A stretch of DNA of 64,000 nucleotides, taken from an uncultured Alphaproteobacteria bacterium (GTDB lineage: Bacteria > Pseudomonadota > Alphaproteobacteria > Rhizobiales > Xanthobacteraceae). The position numbers were made by a program, and so were the translations under genes. This document shows, in pieces, positions 18,915-28,184 of the stretch. The stretch spans positions 72,467-136,466 of the forward strand of contig CAWBUO010000005.1 in NCBI GenBank assembly GCA_963791955.1, written 5' to 3'. A model generated the notes under the pieces. It made no database searches, was not told the origin of the DNA, and was given only the letters and a program-made list of their open reading frames with translations. Within the stretch, counting starts at the first letter, position 1. The number at the start of each line of letters is the position of its first letter.

Positions 18915-19730
18915 ATGATCGTCCTGTCTCCGGCGCGTTCGGACGAACGGTTAAACCTCAGCACGCACGATGTGTGCGCGGTTGCCAATTCAACCGGGAC
19001 CGCATCGTACGGCGACGTCTGCTTCGCGATGCTCGAAAGGGCGCTGAATGTCGAGCACTGGGCGCTGTTTCGCTTCCGCTCGGGCAATCCTCTCAAATGC
19101 GTTGCCACGGCAAGCAAGCGGGATAAAGCCGCAGCCAAAGAAAACTGCGACCGCTTCGTCGGCCGATGTTACAGCGTCGACCCGTCCGTGAAGGCCGCCA
19201 GCGCCAGACTTTCGGCGCCCACTCTGACGAAGATGGCCATCGACGACATCGAAGACCCGCAATATCGGCACTGCTTCGAACTGACCCACGTGCAGGAGCG
19301 GGTGAGCCTGTTTTCGTGGATCGGGCTCGATCTGTACCAACTCAGCATCTTCCGCGGTCCGCGCAAGGCGTCCTTTTCCGCTCCCGAAATGAATCATTTC
19401 GCGGCGCTCGCCAAACTGCTTCTGGCCACCGCACAGAAGCATGAGATGTTGATCGATCGCCAGCCGGGCTTTCCGCGGCATCTGAACGTCGAGGGCATCG
19501 AGCGCCTTCTCAAGCTGCACTCGCCCCAACTCAGCACGCGTGAGTGCGCGGTCTGCGCGCGAGCGGTCGCCGGCAAGACCATCGAGGGGACATCGCTTGA
19601 TCTTGACATCAAGCCAACCAGCGTCATCACCTATCGGCAGCGGGCCTATCTAAAACTCGGCATTTCCCGCATCAATGAGCTCGTCGCGCTTTTGAGCAAT
19701 CTGCACGCCGAGCGAGCGCTCGCTTCCTGA
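18915..19730 (+). CDS. LuxR/GerE-type helix-turn-helix transcriptional regulator
   Basis: C-terminal LSTRECAVCARAVAGKTIEGTSLDLDIKPTSVITYRQRAYLKLGI. ATG 18915 is preceded by GGAGGAG. Confidence 0.75.
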   Translation: MIVLSPARSDERLNLSTHDVCAVANSTGTASYGDVCFAMLERALNVEHWALFRFRSGNPLKCVATASKRDKAAAKENCDRFVGRCYSVDPSVKAASARLSAPTLTKMAIDDIEDPQYRHCFELTHVQERVSLFSWIGLDLYQLSIFRGPRKASFSAPEMNHFAALAKLLLATAQKHEMLIDRQPGFPRHLNVEGIERLLKLHSPQLSTRECAVCARAVAGKTIEGTSLDLDIKPTSVITYRQRAYLKLGISRINELVALLSNLHAERALAS

Positions 19731-19859
19731 TCGTGATGGAGTAATTCCGAACGCGGAGTCCCGGCGCTGCCAGCCGACGTCCAAAATTATGGGGACAGAC
19801 GACTGAGCGGCTTCGCACGTTCATCTGCGGGCAAATACGAGAGAATGTGGAGGCTTACA

Positions 19860-20288
19860 ATGTCCGCCGAACGCGATCGCCTCCATTTCGTCGGAAGCAT
19901 TCCATTGCCGAGCGCCGAGGACGTATTTCGCGACTTGAGCCGCGAGGTCGGCCCCTTCTTAAAACGCATGCCGGATGGCGAGACCGGAGAACGCACACTC
20001 TGGATCAGGTTTCAGCAAAAAATGCTGGCCGAGCATCCAGCCATCGAGCCCGATCCGACCCAGCCGCCGCTTCCAGTGACGCAATCCGACGGAACAGTGC
20101 TGCGTCACATTCAGCTCGCCCGGCTGAAACTGGATGCGGCGTGGGAGCCGAATGCGGGTTTGGCCGCACCGACCCCGAGCGCGTGCCGCTCATTCTTGCC
20201 GGGCATCGCGCAGCCGCCGAGATGCTGGCGTGAGGCAGCATTCCTCGGACCGCCTGTGAGCCATAGTGATTTTGCCGGCTTGATTTAA
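19860..20288 (+). pseudogene. Probable truncated conserved hypothetical gene (only the N-terminal ~90 aa look native)
   Basis: MSAERDRLHFVGSIPLPSAEDVFRDLSREVGPFLKRMPDGETGERTLWIRFQ looks protein-like. The tail (AAWEPNAGLAAPTPSACRSFLPGIAQPPRCW) looks like out-of-frame or degenerate sequence. Family assignment is from memory only. Confidence 0.3.
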
Positions 20289-20335
20289 TCTGCGCCCGCT
20301 GACGCCACCAACCGGGCCTATTGAGGACGCGACGC

Positions 20336-21016
20336 ATGGCAGCCCAATCTCCAACAATCGCTGTGATCGGTGGCACCGGCGCCGAGGGAAGTGCCATCGC
20401 GTTGCGTCTCGGCCAGGCCGGCTATCGCGTGACTATCGGCACGCGGGATTCGGCGAAGGGCACGCGGGTAACCGCCGAGCTCAATGACCTCCTCGGAAGC
20501 GAGGCGATCAGCTTTGCCTGCAACGCTATAGCAGCGACATCGGCCGAGATCGTGATTCTGACGGTGCCTTACGCTGCTCAAGAAGCAACCGTGGAGAATA
20601 TACGTGCCGCCCTCGACGGCAAGATTCTGATTGACGCCACCGCGCCACTCATGCCGCCTAAGGTCAGCAACGTTCAGCTTCCCCCAGGGGGCTCAGCCGT
20701 CGCTCACATTCAGCGCGTGCTGGGCGACAAGGTCAGGGTGGTGTCGGCATTTCAGAACGTCGCGGCGCACAAGCTTCGCGAGCTCGAGGCCGACGTCCAC
20801 TGCGACGTCCTCGTCTGTGGCGACGATGCCGACGCGCGAAGCACGACGCGTGAACTGATCACGCGGATGGGATTGCGCGCTCTCGACGCCGGTCCGGTCT
20901 GCAATTCGGCGGCGGCCGAAGCGTTGACGTCGCTTCTCATGTTTCTCAATCGCAAATACAAGGTTTCCGGCGCCGGCATCAGAATAACCGGGCTGGAAAG
21001 CGGCGGCAGCGGATGA
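20336..21016 (+). CDS. npdG: NADPH-dependent F420 reductase (Fno/NpdG family)
   Basis: IAVIGGTGAEGSAIALRLGQAGYRVTIGTRDSAKG Rossmann N-terminus and ~225 aa length, typical of NpdG. Confidence 0.8.
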   Translation: MAAQSPTIAVIGGTGAEGSAIALRLGQAGYRVTIGTRDSAKGTRVTAELNDLLGSEAISFACNAIAATSAEIVILTVPYAAQEATVENIRAALDGKILIDATAPLMPPKVSNVQLPPGGSAVAHIQRVLGDKVRVVSAFQNVAAHKLRELEADVHCDVLVCGDDADARSTTRELITRMGLRALDAGPVCNSAAAEALTSLLMFLNRKYKVSGAGIRITGLESGGSG

Positions 21017-21149
21017 CCACATGGGCCTCGCCAAGCCGCAGCCGGCTATTCGGCGCGCCAGTGTCCTTAGCCTTCAGGACAGACTCGCGGGGCGGCCCTG
21101 GAAAATACTGCCCGTCTGCATCGCTTTGGGAAATTGAGGTAGTCGCACC

Positions 21150-22310
21150 GTGAATCCGCTTCAGCAAGCCTCGCCCTCAGGTCCGCAAACGCAGCCGCGA
21201 ACGTCGAAACGCACGAAACCGCCGTTTCGGGCCGATCACGTCGGCAGCCTGCTTCGTCCCGGGCACTTGCTTGAAGCCCGCAGCAATTTTGACAAAGGGG
21301 AAATCTCCGCTGTCCAACTGCGAAAGATCGAGGACGACGCCGTTCGGCACGCCGTCAAGCGGCAGGAGGACGTCGGCCTCAAATCGATCACGGACGGCGA
21401 ATTCCGACGCCGCTCCTGGCACATGGACTTCATCTGCCGCATCGGCGGCGTGACATCGGCGGGAACGCAACTGCGCCCATTTCAGAACGAAACCGGGGCG
21501 GTGAAGAATGAAATTGACCTGCCGAAGGTCATTGGGAAACTCTCGCTAAAAGAGCCGATCTTCGCGGACGATTTCAAGTTCCTGCAATCGCTGACCAAGG
21601 CCACGCCCAAGCTGTCCATCCCGTCGCCGAGCATGCTGCATGGACTGGGCGCCATCGAAGACAAGAGCATCTACAAGAGGCCAGAGGACTTTTGGCAGGA
21701 TCTCGTCGGGGTCTATACCGAGCAATTGCGGGCCCTGAGCCGCATCGGCTGCACTTACCTGCAGATCGATGACACGATGTTCGCGACGCTGAGCGATCCG
21801 TCCTTTCAGAAAAAGCTCAACCCCTCGGCGGGATCGCAAGACCAGCTTTACAAAACCTACATTCGCCTGGTGAATGAGTCGGTCGCCCAAAAGCCGCCGG
21901 GAATGACGCTTTGCGTCCACACCTGCCGCGGCAATCATCGCTCTGCCTGGGTCGCCACCGGCGGCTACGATCCAGTGGCCGAGGCGGTGTTCAATGAACT
22001 CAGGGTCGACGGCTTCTTTCTTGAATACGACGACGAACGCTCCGGTACGTTCGAGCCGCTTCGTTTCATCCCGAAGGACAAAATGGTGGTGCTGGGACTG
22101 CTCACCAGCAAGAAGGGTGCCCTGGAAAAGAAGGACGATATCAAACGCCGTATCGATGCGGCCGCCAAATATATCGATCTGGATCAGCTTGCGCTCTCTC
22201 CGCAGTGCGGATTTGCCTCGACCGTGCTCGGCAACCTGCTAACGGAAGACCAGCAGTTCGCGAAACTTGCCCTCGTGGTTGAGGTTGCAACGGAAGTTTG
22301 GGGCGAATGA
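21150..22310 (+). CDS. Cobalamin-independent methionine synthase II (MetE C-terminal domain-like) family protein
   Basis: PFRADHVGSLLRP...ITDGEFRRRSWHMDF, VHTCRGN and LSPQCGFAS Zn-ligand regions; GTG start. Confidence 0.8.
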   Translation: MNPLQQASPSGPQTQPRTSKRTKPPFRADHVGSLLRPGHLLEARSNFDKGEISAVQLRKIEDDAVRHAVKRQEDVGLKSITDGEFRRRSWHMDFICRIGGVTSAGTQLRPFQNETGAVKNEIDLPKVIGKLSLKEPIFADDFKFLQSLTKATPKLSIPSPSMLHGLGAIEDKSIYKRPEDFWQDLVGVYTEQLRALSRIGCTYLQIDDTMFATLSDPSFQKKLNPSAGSQDQLYKTYIRLVNESVAQKPPGMTLCVHTCRGNHRSAWVATGGYDPVAEAVFNELRVDGFFLEYDDERSGTFEPLRFIPKDKMVVLGLLTSKKGALEKKDDIKRRIDAAAKYIDLDQLALSPQCGFASTVLGNLLTEDQQFAKLALVVEVATEVWGE

Positions 22311-22383
22311 TCGTTGCTTACAACCCTAGCAGCGATCAATTGCCACGTGAAGGCGGTGTGAATCACACGGCAATGCAAAAAGA

Positions 22384-22428
22384 TAGCGCGCCCGAAGAGA
22401 CTTGAACTCCTGATCCTCAGGTTCGTAG
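22384..22428 (-). other. 3' fragment of a tRNA-Arg(ACG)-like gene (anticodon loop to acceptor end); not functional
   Basis: The minus strand reads CTACGAA-CCTGA-GGATC-AGGAG-TTCAAGT-CTCTT-CGGGCGC-G-CTA. These are, in order: anticodon loop, 3' anticodon stem, variable loop, T arm and acceptor 3' strand. The 5' half is absent and the terminus is CTA rather than CCA. Confidence 0.45.
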
Positions 22429-22580
22429 TTTTGGTGCGTGCTGGTCAAGATGAGGCTCTTAAGTGACTTTGCGGTGGCTCACGAGCCAGCTGTCACGTTG
22501 GTGTTATGCTGTACCATCGACCTGTACCGCCAATTAGAATTCAATAGCAAAAAGTCTTTAAAATCAGTAGTATGTGTAAA

Positions 22581-22637
22581 TGGTGGGCGCTGTAGGGATT
22601 GAACCTACGACCTCTCCCGTGTGAAGGGAACGCTCTG
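22581..22637 (-). other. 3' fragment (~55 nt) of tRNA-Val(CAC); att-site remnant, not a functional tRNA
   Basis: The minus strand reads GAGCG-TTCCC-TTCACAC-GGGAG-AGGTC-GTAGG-TTCAATC-CCTAC-AGCGCCC-ACCA. The anticodon arm, T arm and acceptor 3' strand are intact. The matching 5' acceptor GGGCGCT and the D-arm are missing. Confidence 0.75.
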
Positions 22638-22729
22638 CTAAAAAGTCCAATTAAAATAGGCTCTTCCCATTTTGATTTTCGCTGTTTGTCCGCGTTTGTT
22701 CACGGGTTTCTTGGGCATTTCATGGGCGC

Positions 22730-23150
22730 TCAACGGCGTGAGAACGCAGCAACAGCACGCCGGAAATGATCCTCTGCATGATGGCCATAAGTCCGGCGGA
22801 TGACGTCCTCGCTAGTGCCCAGCACACCTGCGACGTCATAAACCGACACGCCGCGCTGAAGTAACATCGTCGCACAAGTATGGCGCAAAACATGCGGCGT
22901 CACCTCGGACCCCAATCCCGCCAGCTCTCGGGCTGTACGCCACGCCCGGCGTTCCTGCGATGCAATTGGCCTCCCCGCGTATTCGATCACGAATTGCGCT
23001 GTGAGCCGCCGCCAGCGGCGCAGGTGCGGTAATAACCGAGGAGGTATCGGCAGAGGAGGGCGGCGTTTTGTCGTTTCCACGGCGTCGGCGCCGCGCCGGT
23101 ACAGCACTTCAGACGAAAGATCGAGCAGGCTGCGGAAAAAGTCGCCATCG
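22730..23150 (-). pseudogene. Tyrosine recombinase (phage-type integrase), C-terminal catalytic fragment
   Basis: ...KRRPPLPIPPRLLPHLRRW...VTPHVLRHTCATMLLQRGVSVYDVAGVLGTSEDVIRRTYGHH (HxxR box and catalytic Tyr). The upstream part of the ORF runs into the IS5-type element. Confidence 0.75.
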
Positions 23151-23262
23151 AGACGATTTGAACTTTTGTTGGGTGCCGGATTGGAAGGCGATTTCGCGGT
23201 TGATGGGGCCGATCGCAACGGTTCGCCAGTCGCGCTGGCGCGGGCGGTCGCCGTGCGGCGGC

Positions 23263-24387
23263 TCATGTGCCGCCCAGCAGCTTGGGTATTCGCACCAGAT
23301 CGTAGGCGATGATAGCGAACAAGAAGACGGCCCGCACTTTGTCGAGGCCGCGAACCTTGACCTGAGCCACGCCGCCCGTGGTCTTGATCCAGCCGAACAC
23401 TTCTTCGATGCGTTTGCGGCAACGCTGACTGATGGCATAGCCGGGATGGCGTAGCGTGCGTTGATCGATGGCGGTCTTGCGCCGCTTTCCGGTCTTGGTC
23501 AGATGGCCGTCGATGGCGATGTGAGGCGTGACTTTGCGCTCACGCAAGGCCTGCACGAAGCTCTCGACATCGAAGCCCTTGTCGCCGCCGACAGTGATCC
23601 GCCGGTTGCCAGACCGGCGGCCGTCGATCAGGTCGAGGGCGGTGGCGCGTTCCGCGGTGCCGGTCGCCTGCGTGACATCGCCGGTGACGGCGAGCCCGTT
23701 GCGGTTCTCCATCAGAACGTGGCCCATGTAGCACAATCGGCTCTCCTGTCCGTCGCCCTTGCGATAGAGCTTGGCATCGGGATCGGTGGTGCTGCGATGG
23801 GTCTCGTTTGAGCGCGTCTCCTTGTGGAAGTTGCGTTCGGCGTTGCGCCCGCCTTCGGGTGGCGAGCCCGAACCGTCTTTGGGGCGGAAGCTCTTCATCG
23901 ATGCCCAAGCATCCAGCAGCGTTCCGTCCACCGAGAAGTGATCGCTCGACAGCAGTTGCATCACCTTCGGCAGCGCCAACAGGCTTGCCAGAAACTCGCG
24001 CGCCACGTCCGCCTCAAGCAGCCGGTCGCGGTTCTTCGTGAACACCGTCGGGTCCCAGACCACATCGTCCATCGAAAGTCCGACGAACCAGCGAAACAAA
24101 AGATTATAGTCGATCTGCTCCATCAACTGGCGTTCCGAGCGTACCGTGAAGAACGCCTGCAACAGCGTCGCCCGCAGCAGATACTCGGGTGGGATCGACG
24201 GCCGTCCGATCTGCGAGTAAAGCGCGTCGAACCGCTTCGACAGCCCCGCAAGCGCCTCGTTCACCAGCGCCCGGATCGCCCGCAGCGGATGATCCTTGGC
24301 GATCCGATCCTCCAACCGCAGATACGAAAAAAGCCCTTCCGACCCTCGTTCCTCGCCGCGCATGGCAAATCGCCTCCGTCGCCTCAA
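23263..24387 (-). mobile_element. IS5/IS1182-type transposase (DUF772 N-terminal domain plus DDE domain) inserted in the integrase gene
   Basis: LEDRIAKDHPLRAIRALV...LLFRWFVGLSMDDVVWDPTVFTKNRDRLL...HRSTTDPDAKLYRKG...GDKGFD. I could not define terminal inverted repeats by eye. Confidence 0.85.
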
Positions 24388-24746
24388 AACGACGGAATCA
24401 CGATCATACCTTGCTGTCGAGACAGTTTTTCAGCAGCCTGTTCTCATGTTCGCTTTCAAGGGGCGGCGCGCAGTTTTTCACTCCGCCGCCGCGGACTGCG
24501 CCGATCGTTGGTGCACACAGCGGGAGACAGGACCCGAAGACGCCGGTTGAACAAGCTCTCATGCGCGGGTTGGGTACCGCATGACCGTGGTTCCGTCTCG
24601 GGGCTGCCTCGCTCTAGGGTCGAGCATCGGTCCGGGGACCGGCTCATAACAGGCACGAGGGTTCCCCACCGTGGTCCTGCCTCCAGCAATGTGCACCTCG
24701 GATTTTAGCCGACCTCCTTTTCGTTGGTTCAGTTTCGGCGGCCTGG

Positions 24747-25856
24747 TCAGATGAGCTCAGGCTGTGCAACGCAGGCGATCGCCCAGATGAAGCCGACCAT
24801 CTCGCGGGCGATCGCGGTGGTGACCACGACCTTCGGCTTGCCGGCTGCAGCGAGGCGCCGATATCGCGCGCACAACCGGACCTGCGCTTTCCAGGCAATG
24901 TCCCTGATGGCCGCGGATAGTGGCTCGAGGCGATCGTGAAGTTTCCAACTCACGCGCGCCGACATGCGATAGGTCCAGGCGCCCTCGATCAGTACGCGAC
25001 GCGCAAGCGCATTGCCTGCCTTGGTAATCCCAGCGCGCCGGACGGTGCTTCCGGACGAGTGTTCGCTCGGCACCAAGCCGAGATAGGCCATCAGCTGGCG
25101 AGCATTGGTGAAGCGTCGAAAGTCGCCGACTTCGGCCACCACCGTGACCGCGACGACGAGAGCAACCCCGCGCATCGCTTGGAGCGCCGCGGCGACAGGC
25201 GCCATCGACCAGAGCGGCATCAGCTCTTCGATCTGCCGTGTCAGCCGGTCGCGTCTGAATTCGGCATCCTCGACAGCATGGATATAGTCCTGCAGCACGA
25301 TCTGCTGCGCCGGATGATCAAAGCGCACCGTGGTGAGCCAGCGTCGATATGCCAGGGTCCAGGCGCGAACTCCGTGGTAAATCCGGTCGTGGCGCAGCAG
25401 AAAGCCTTGCAGATGTTGCCGCGCCTTCGACAGCGCTCTCACCGCTGTCGCCCGAGCACGCACCAGATCGCGCATCGCTTCATGAGCAGCATCGGGTATC
25501 CAGACCGGCGTCAATTCGCCGGCACGATGCAGCTTCGCCAACATCAAAGCGTCACGGCGATCGGTCTTGACCCGGTCGCCCGCCTTCATCGGAATCAACG
25601 ATGGTGCCACCACGACGCAGTCGTGCCCCAAACCGGTCAGCAAACGGTGAAGTCCATATCCGCAAGGACCGGCTTCGTAGCAGAAGCTGAGACGACGCTG
25701 ATGCTTGCCAAGCCGAGTCACCATCTTGCGCAGGACGTCGGGGCGGTTCTCGAATACGCCAACCCCTCGTACCTCCCCACCGCGGCCGCTCTCGGCAATC
25801 GCCACGCAAACCCTCTGCTTGTGCACATCCAGTCCGACGTATGTGATATCGTTCAT
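24747..25856 (-). mobile_element. IS110 family transposase
   Basis: MNDITYVGLDVHKQRVCVA N-terminus, DRRDALMLAKL, and C-terminal LMAYLGLVPSEHSSGSTVRRAGITKAGN. Confidence 0.9.
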
Positions 25857-25954
25857 CAGGCCCGCCCTCCATGCTTGAGGCTCTGTGCCGGCAATCCAGC
25901 ACAACCCTCGACATTATGCATGCCGAGGACAGGCCGCCGATCACTCAGCGAACA

Positions 25955-26102
25955 TCGGGTCTAGAGCTTTTTCAGCTGCGCCGATATCATTTTCGCGCGC
26001 TCCCGTGCCGAACTCGGCTCCGCTGTCAAGGATGACCCACTGCGTCGGTCTTCCGGGGCGCCTTCTGAGGTACAATCTCGCGCTCTTACTGCGACGCGGC
26101 AT
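25955..26102 (-). pseudogene. Tyrosine integrase, N-terminal fragment (first ~47 codons)
   Basis: MPRRSKSARLYLRRRPGRPTQWVILDSGAEFGTGARENDIGAAEKAL is the usual N-terminus of this integrase type in Rhizobiales (from memory). Similarity ends at the IS110-type junction. Confidence 0.55.
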
Positions 26103-26314
26103 AACGCCCTCATCCGTTCGATATTCGCTAGGGTGGTATAATCTTTTCCTGCGATGCGCTCGACAACAAGGCGACCTCGGGCACACTCACGACGCAGGCC
26201 CGACGCCGTCATCGAGCCGTCCGGAAAGCCAATCGCCGCCGCAACGCCGAGGCGAAGCGGTGTGTCCGACGTGATCTGCTCACGCGGTGGGAGTCTGGCC
26301 AGTGCCATTGTCAC
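25961..26314 (-). CDS. Small putative DNA-binding/excisionase-like protein preceding the integrase
   Basis: ...FPDGSMTASGLRRECARGRLVVERIAGKDYTTLANIERMRALCRV. I recall this motif from small genes just upstream of such integrases. The C-terminus may be altered by the IS junction. Confidence 0.4.
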   Translation of the reverse strand: MTMALARLPPREQITSDTPLRLGVAAAIGFPDGSMTASGLRRECARGRLVVERIAGKDYTTLANIERMRALCRVAVRARDCTSEGAPEDRRSGSSLTAEPSSARERAKMISAQLKKL

Positions 26315-26420
26315 CCGGCCCCCACTTGTCGCGACGAGTCGTGCCGCGTCACGCTGCGAAGTAACACCGCCCTCGCGACTACTCGGCGGGCGCTAATATG
26401 AAAATATCGCAGAAGCAGGC

Positions 26421-26465
26421 ACATCTGATTGGTTCTCGTCGCAGTCGAGTTGACCAATCAGATGT
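26421..26465. repeat. Perfect 13-bp inverted repeat with a 19-nt spacer
   Basis: ACATCTGATTGGT (26421-26433) and ACCAATCAGATGT (26453-26465). Confidence 0.9.
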
Positions 26466-26533
26466 CAGGGAAAGGCGGGATTGTCCTTTGAGTTAATCAG
26501 AGAGCGTCAGAGCGAAACTAGGGTCCAGACTCA

Positions 26534-26830
26534 TTAGAGCCACCAGACGAGGGCGGCTGCAAGGCAGACGGAGGCGAGGTAATTTCGGGCGAGCTTGTCG
26601 TATCGGGTGGCGACGCGCCTGAAGTCCTTCAATCTGTTGAACGCATTCTCGATACGCCAGCGCAGCTTGTAGAGGCGCTTGCTGAAGCTGAACGGCTTCT
26701 TCCTGTTGCGGCGGTTGGGAATGACCGGCTTGGTCCCGCGCTCGTCCAACTCCTCGCGCAGTTCGGCGCTGTCATACGCCCTGTCGGCAAGCAACCGATC
26801 TGGTGCCCTAACTCGACGGATCAAGCGCTC
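26534..26830 (-). mobile_element. IS5-family (IS427-like) transposase, C-terminal fragment only
   Basis: ...LLADRAYDSAELREELDERGTKPVIPNRRNRKKPFSFSKRLYKLRWRIENAFNRLKDFRRVATRYDKLARNYLASVCLAAALVWWL*. The N-terminal DDE part is absent. Confidence 0.7.
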
Positions 26831-27140
26831 CGCGACTGGACAGACGCAACAATTCTCCGATGAACCAACGACGAAACAGGCGGGCACAGATCGGGCAGTA
26901 GGGCTTGCCGCACACGTGGTCACCGGCTCGGCACTCCTGCAAATACTCGGCGAATATCTTCTTGCCTGTCTTGAACGATCTGAGCAGCCGCTCGCTGCGA
27001 TCGCTCTCGCGCCGGGCGTCTACTAACGTCTCGAATCTTTGGCTTCTAGGAAGATCTGCAGGACGCAGAAGTGCGATATCGTAACGAGGATGCGGTGTGC
27101 CGCGTCGCCAAATTGGTGGTCGTTGACGAGTCTTTGCCAT
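26831..27140 (-). pseudogene. 3'-truncated hypothetical gene (Cys-rich motif) cut by the IS5-type fragment
   Basis: ...FKTGKKIFAEYLQECRAGDHVCGKPYCPICARLFRRWFIGELLRL, after which the frame runs into the IS fragment. Confidence 0.3.
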
Positions 27141-27380
27141 CGGCGCTATTCGGCCTATCGCTCGGCGTCCAGCGTGTCCAGGTTGCAGTTGCGCATTTTG
27201 CTTCACTGTATTCCTTGCCAACCAAAATTAGTTCGAGTCCTGACCCACGCCAAGCGTTCAGTCTTGTTCAGGTCAATGTCGCGAGGACAATTTCGCTAAT
27301 TGAACGTGTCAAGACAGATCGGATTTACCGCGAGGTCCGCAACGTCTAAAGAGAGGAAACGAGAATTGGCGTCAGACCGG

Positions 27381-27848
27381 ATGCTTCGCCAGCGAATTTC
27401 CGGTCTCAAAAAGCTCGAAGCGGGGTGTTTCTCGTCGAGGAAACGGTTCGAATTTTATCGCTATTTGGCAGCCGTTTATCCGCTATATGCGGAGTTGAAG
27501 CGGGCCAATGAAATCCAAGATTCAGTTCAACGCATCGCCGAATGGTTCAACCTTGACAGCCGGCAGCGCATTCATCCAATCCGCCTGATCATCGACGCCA
27601 GCTCGCAAGCGAACGACAAATCCAAAAGCCGCTGGACGCGGGCGTTGCGGTTTGCCTGGTGCCAACGCCGATGCTGGCGCGATCTAGGAGCTTTCTTACG
27701 AAGCAACGGCGGACCAGCGGGGTGCGCCAGCCAGTTCGCGGCCTTGCATGCGAGAGCACCTCGCGGCTGTATGAGGGTTGGTGGGGAGGGTCGCGTCCCA
27801 AAGGTCCCATTGTTCGTCGGCCGAGACATGCTGCATCAAAGGTGTTGA
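27381..27848 (+). CDS. Conserved hypothetical protein (paralog of the gene ending at 115)
   Basis: ...HPIRLIIDASSQANDKSKSRWTRALRFAW...GCASQFAALHARAPRGCMRVGGEGRVPKVPLFVGRDMLHQRC*. Confidence 0.5.
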   Translation: MLRQRISGLKKLEAGCFSSRKRFEFYRYLAAVYPLYAELKRANEIQDSVQRIAEWFNLDSRQRIHPIRLIIDASSQANDKSKSRWTRALRFAWCQRRCWRDLGAFLRSNGGPAGCASQFAALHARAPRGCMRVGGEGRVPKVPLFVGRDMLHQRC

Positions 27849-27943
27849 GGTCTCGTCGAAGTTGTAAGGTCATTGTTTAAAGGCGCTGTCATGGCGGCGT
27901 GTTCGAGATGATCAATGATTGACTGACGAGTGGGAGCCGATCT

Positions 27944-28110
27944 GTGTCCGAGCCTGATCTCATTCGCTTCATTGATGCTCAAGCCAAGGTCTATAGTCAG
28001 GTCATCGCGGACTTGTCCGACGGACGTAAGCGGAGCCACTGGATCTGGTTCATCTTTCCGCAACTCGCCGGCCTGGGGTCCAGCGCCAGACGCCGACTAC
28101 AAAGGCCGAG
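27944..28110 (+). pseudogene. DUF1810 family gene, N-terminal fragment
   Basis: LIRFIDAQAKVYSQVIADLSDGRKRSHWIWFIFPQLAGLG matches the DUF1810 N-terminus. The rest of the ORF is dissimilar and overlaps the opposite-strand Ddn-like gene. Confidence 0.55.
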
Positions 28111-28184
28111 TCTTCTGACCGGCGAACGTTCCATAGACTTTTCACGCGCCTATTCGATCACCTCGTGCTTTGCCAATCTGGAGA

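Noticed and set aside
17311-18915. ORFs 17311..17985 (+), 17789..18394 (-) and 18118..18915 (-) overlapping the NMT1-like and DoxX genes
   Set aside because: They are out of frame or antisense relative to better-supported genes. They are extremely Arg-rich and have no SD or motifs.
21017-21149. Cobalamin or SAM riboswitch upstream of the MetE-like gene
   Set aside because: The intergenic region is only ~130 nt, and it lacks a B12 box and the SAM-II consensus.
23824-25964. Long plus-strand ORFs (294 aa and 342 aa) across the two IS elements
   Set aside because: They are antisense to the IS5-type and IS110-type transposase genes, which carry clear family motifs. The plus-strand products are Arg/Pro-rich with no similarity to anything I recognise.
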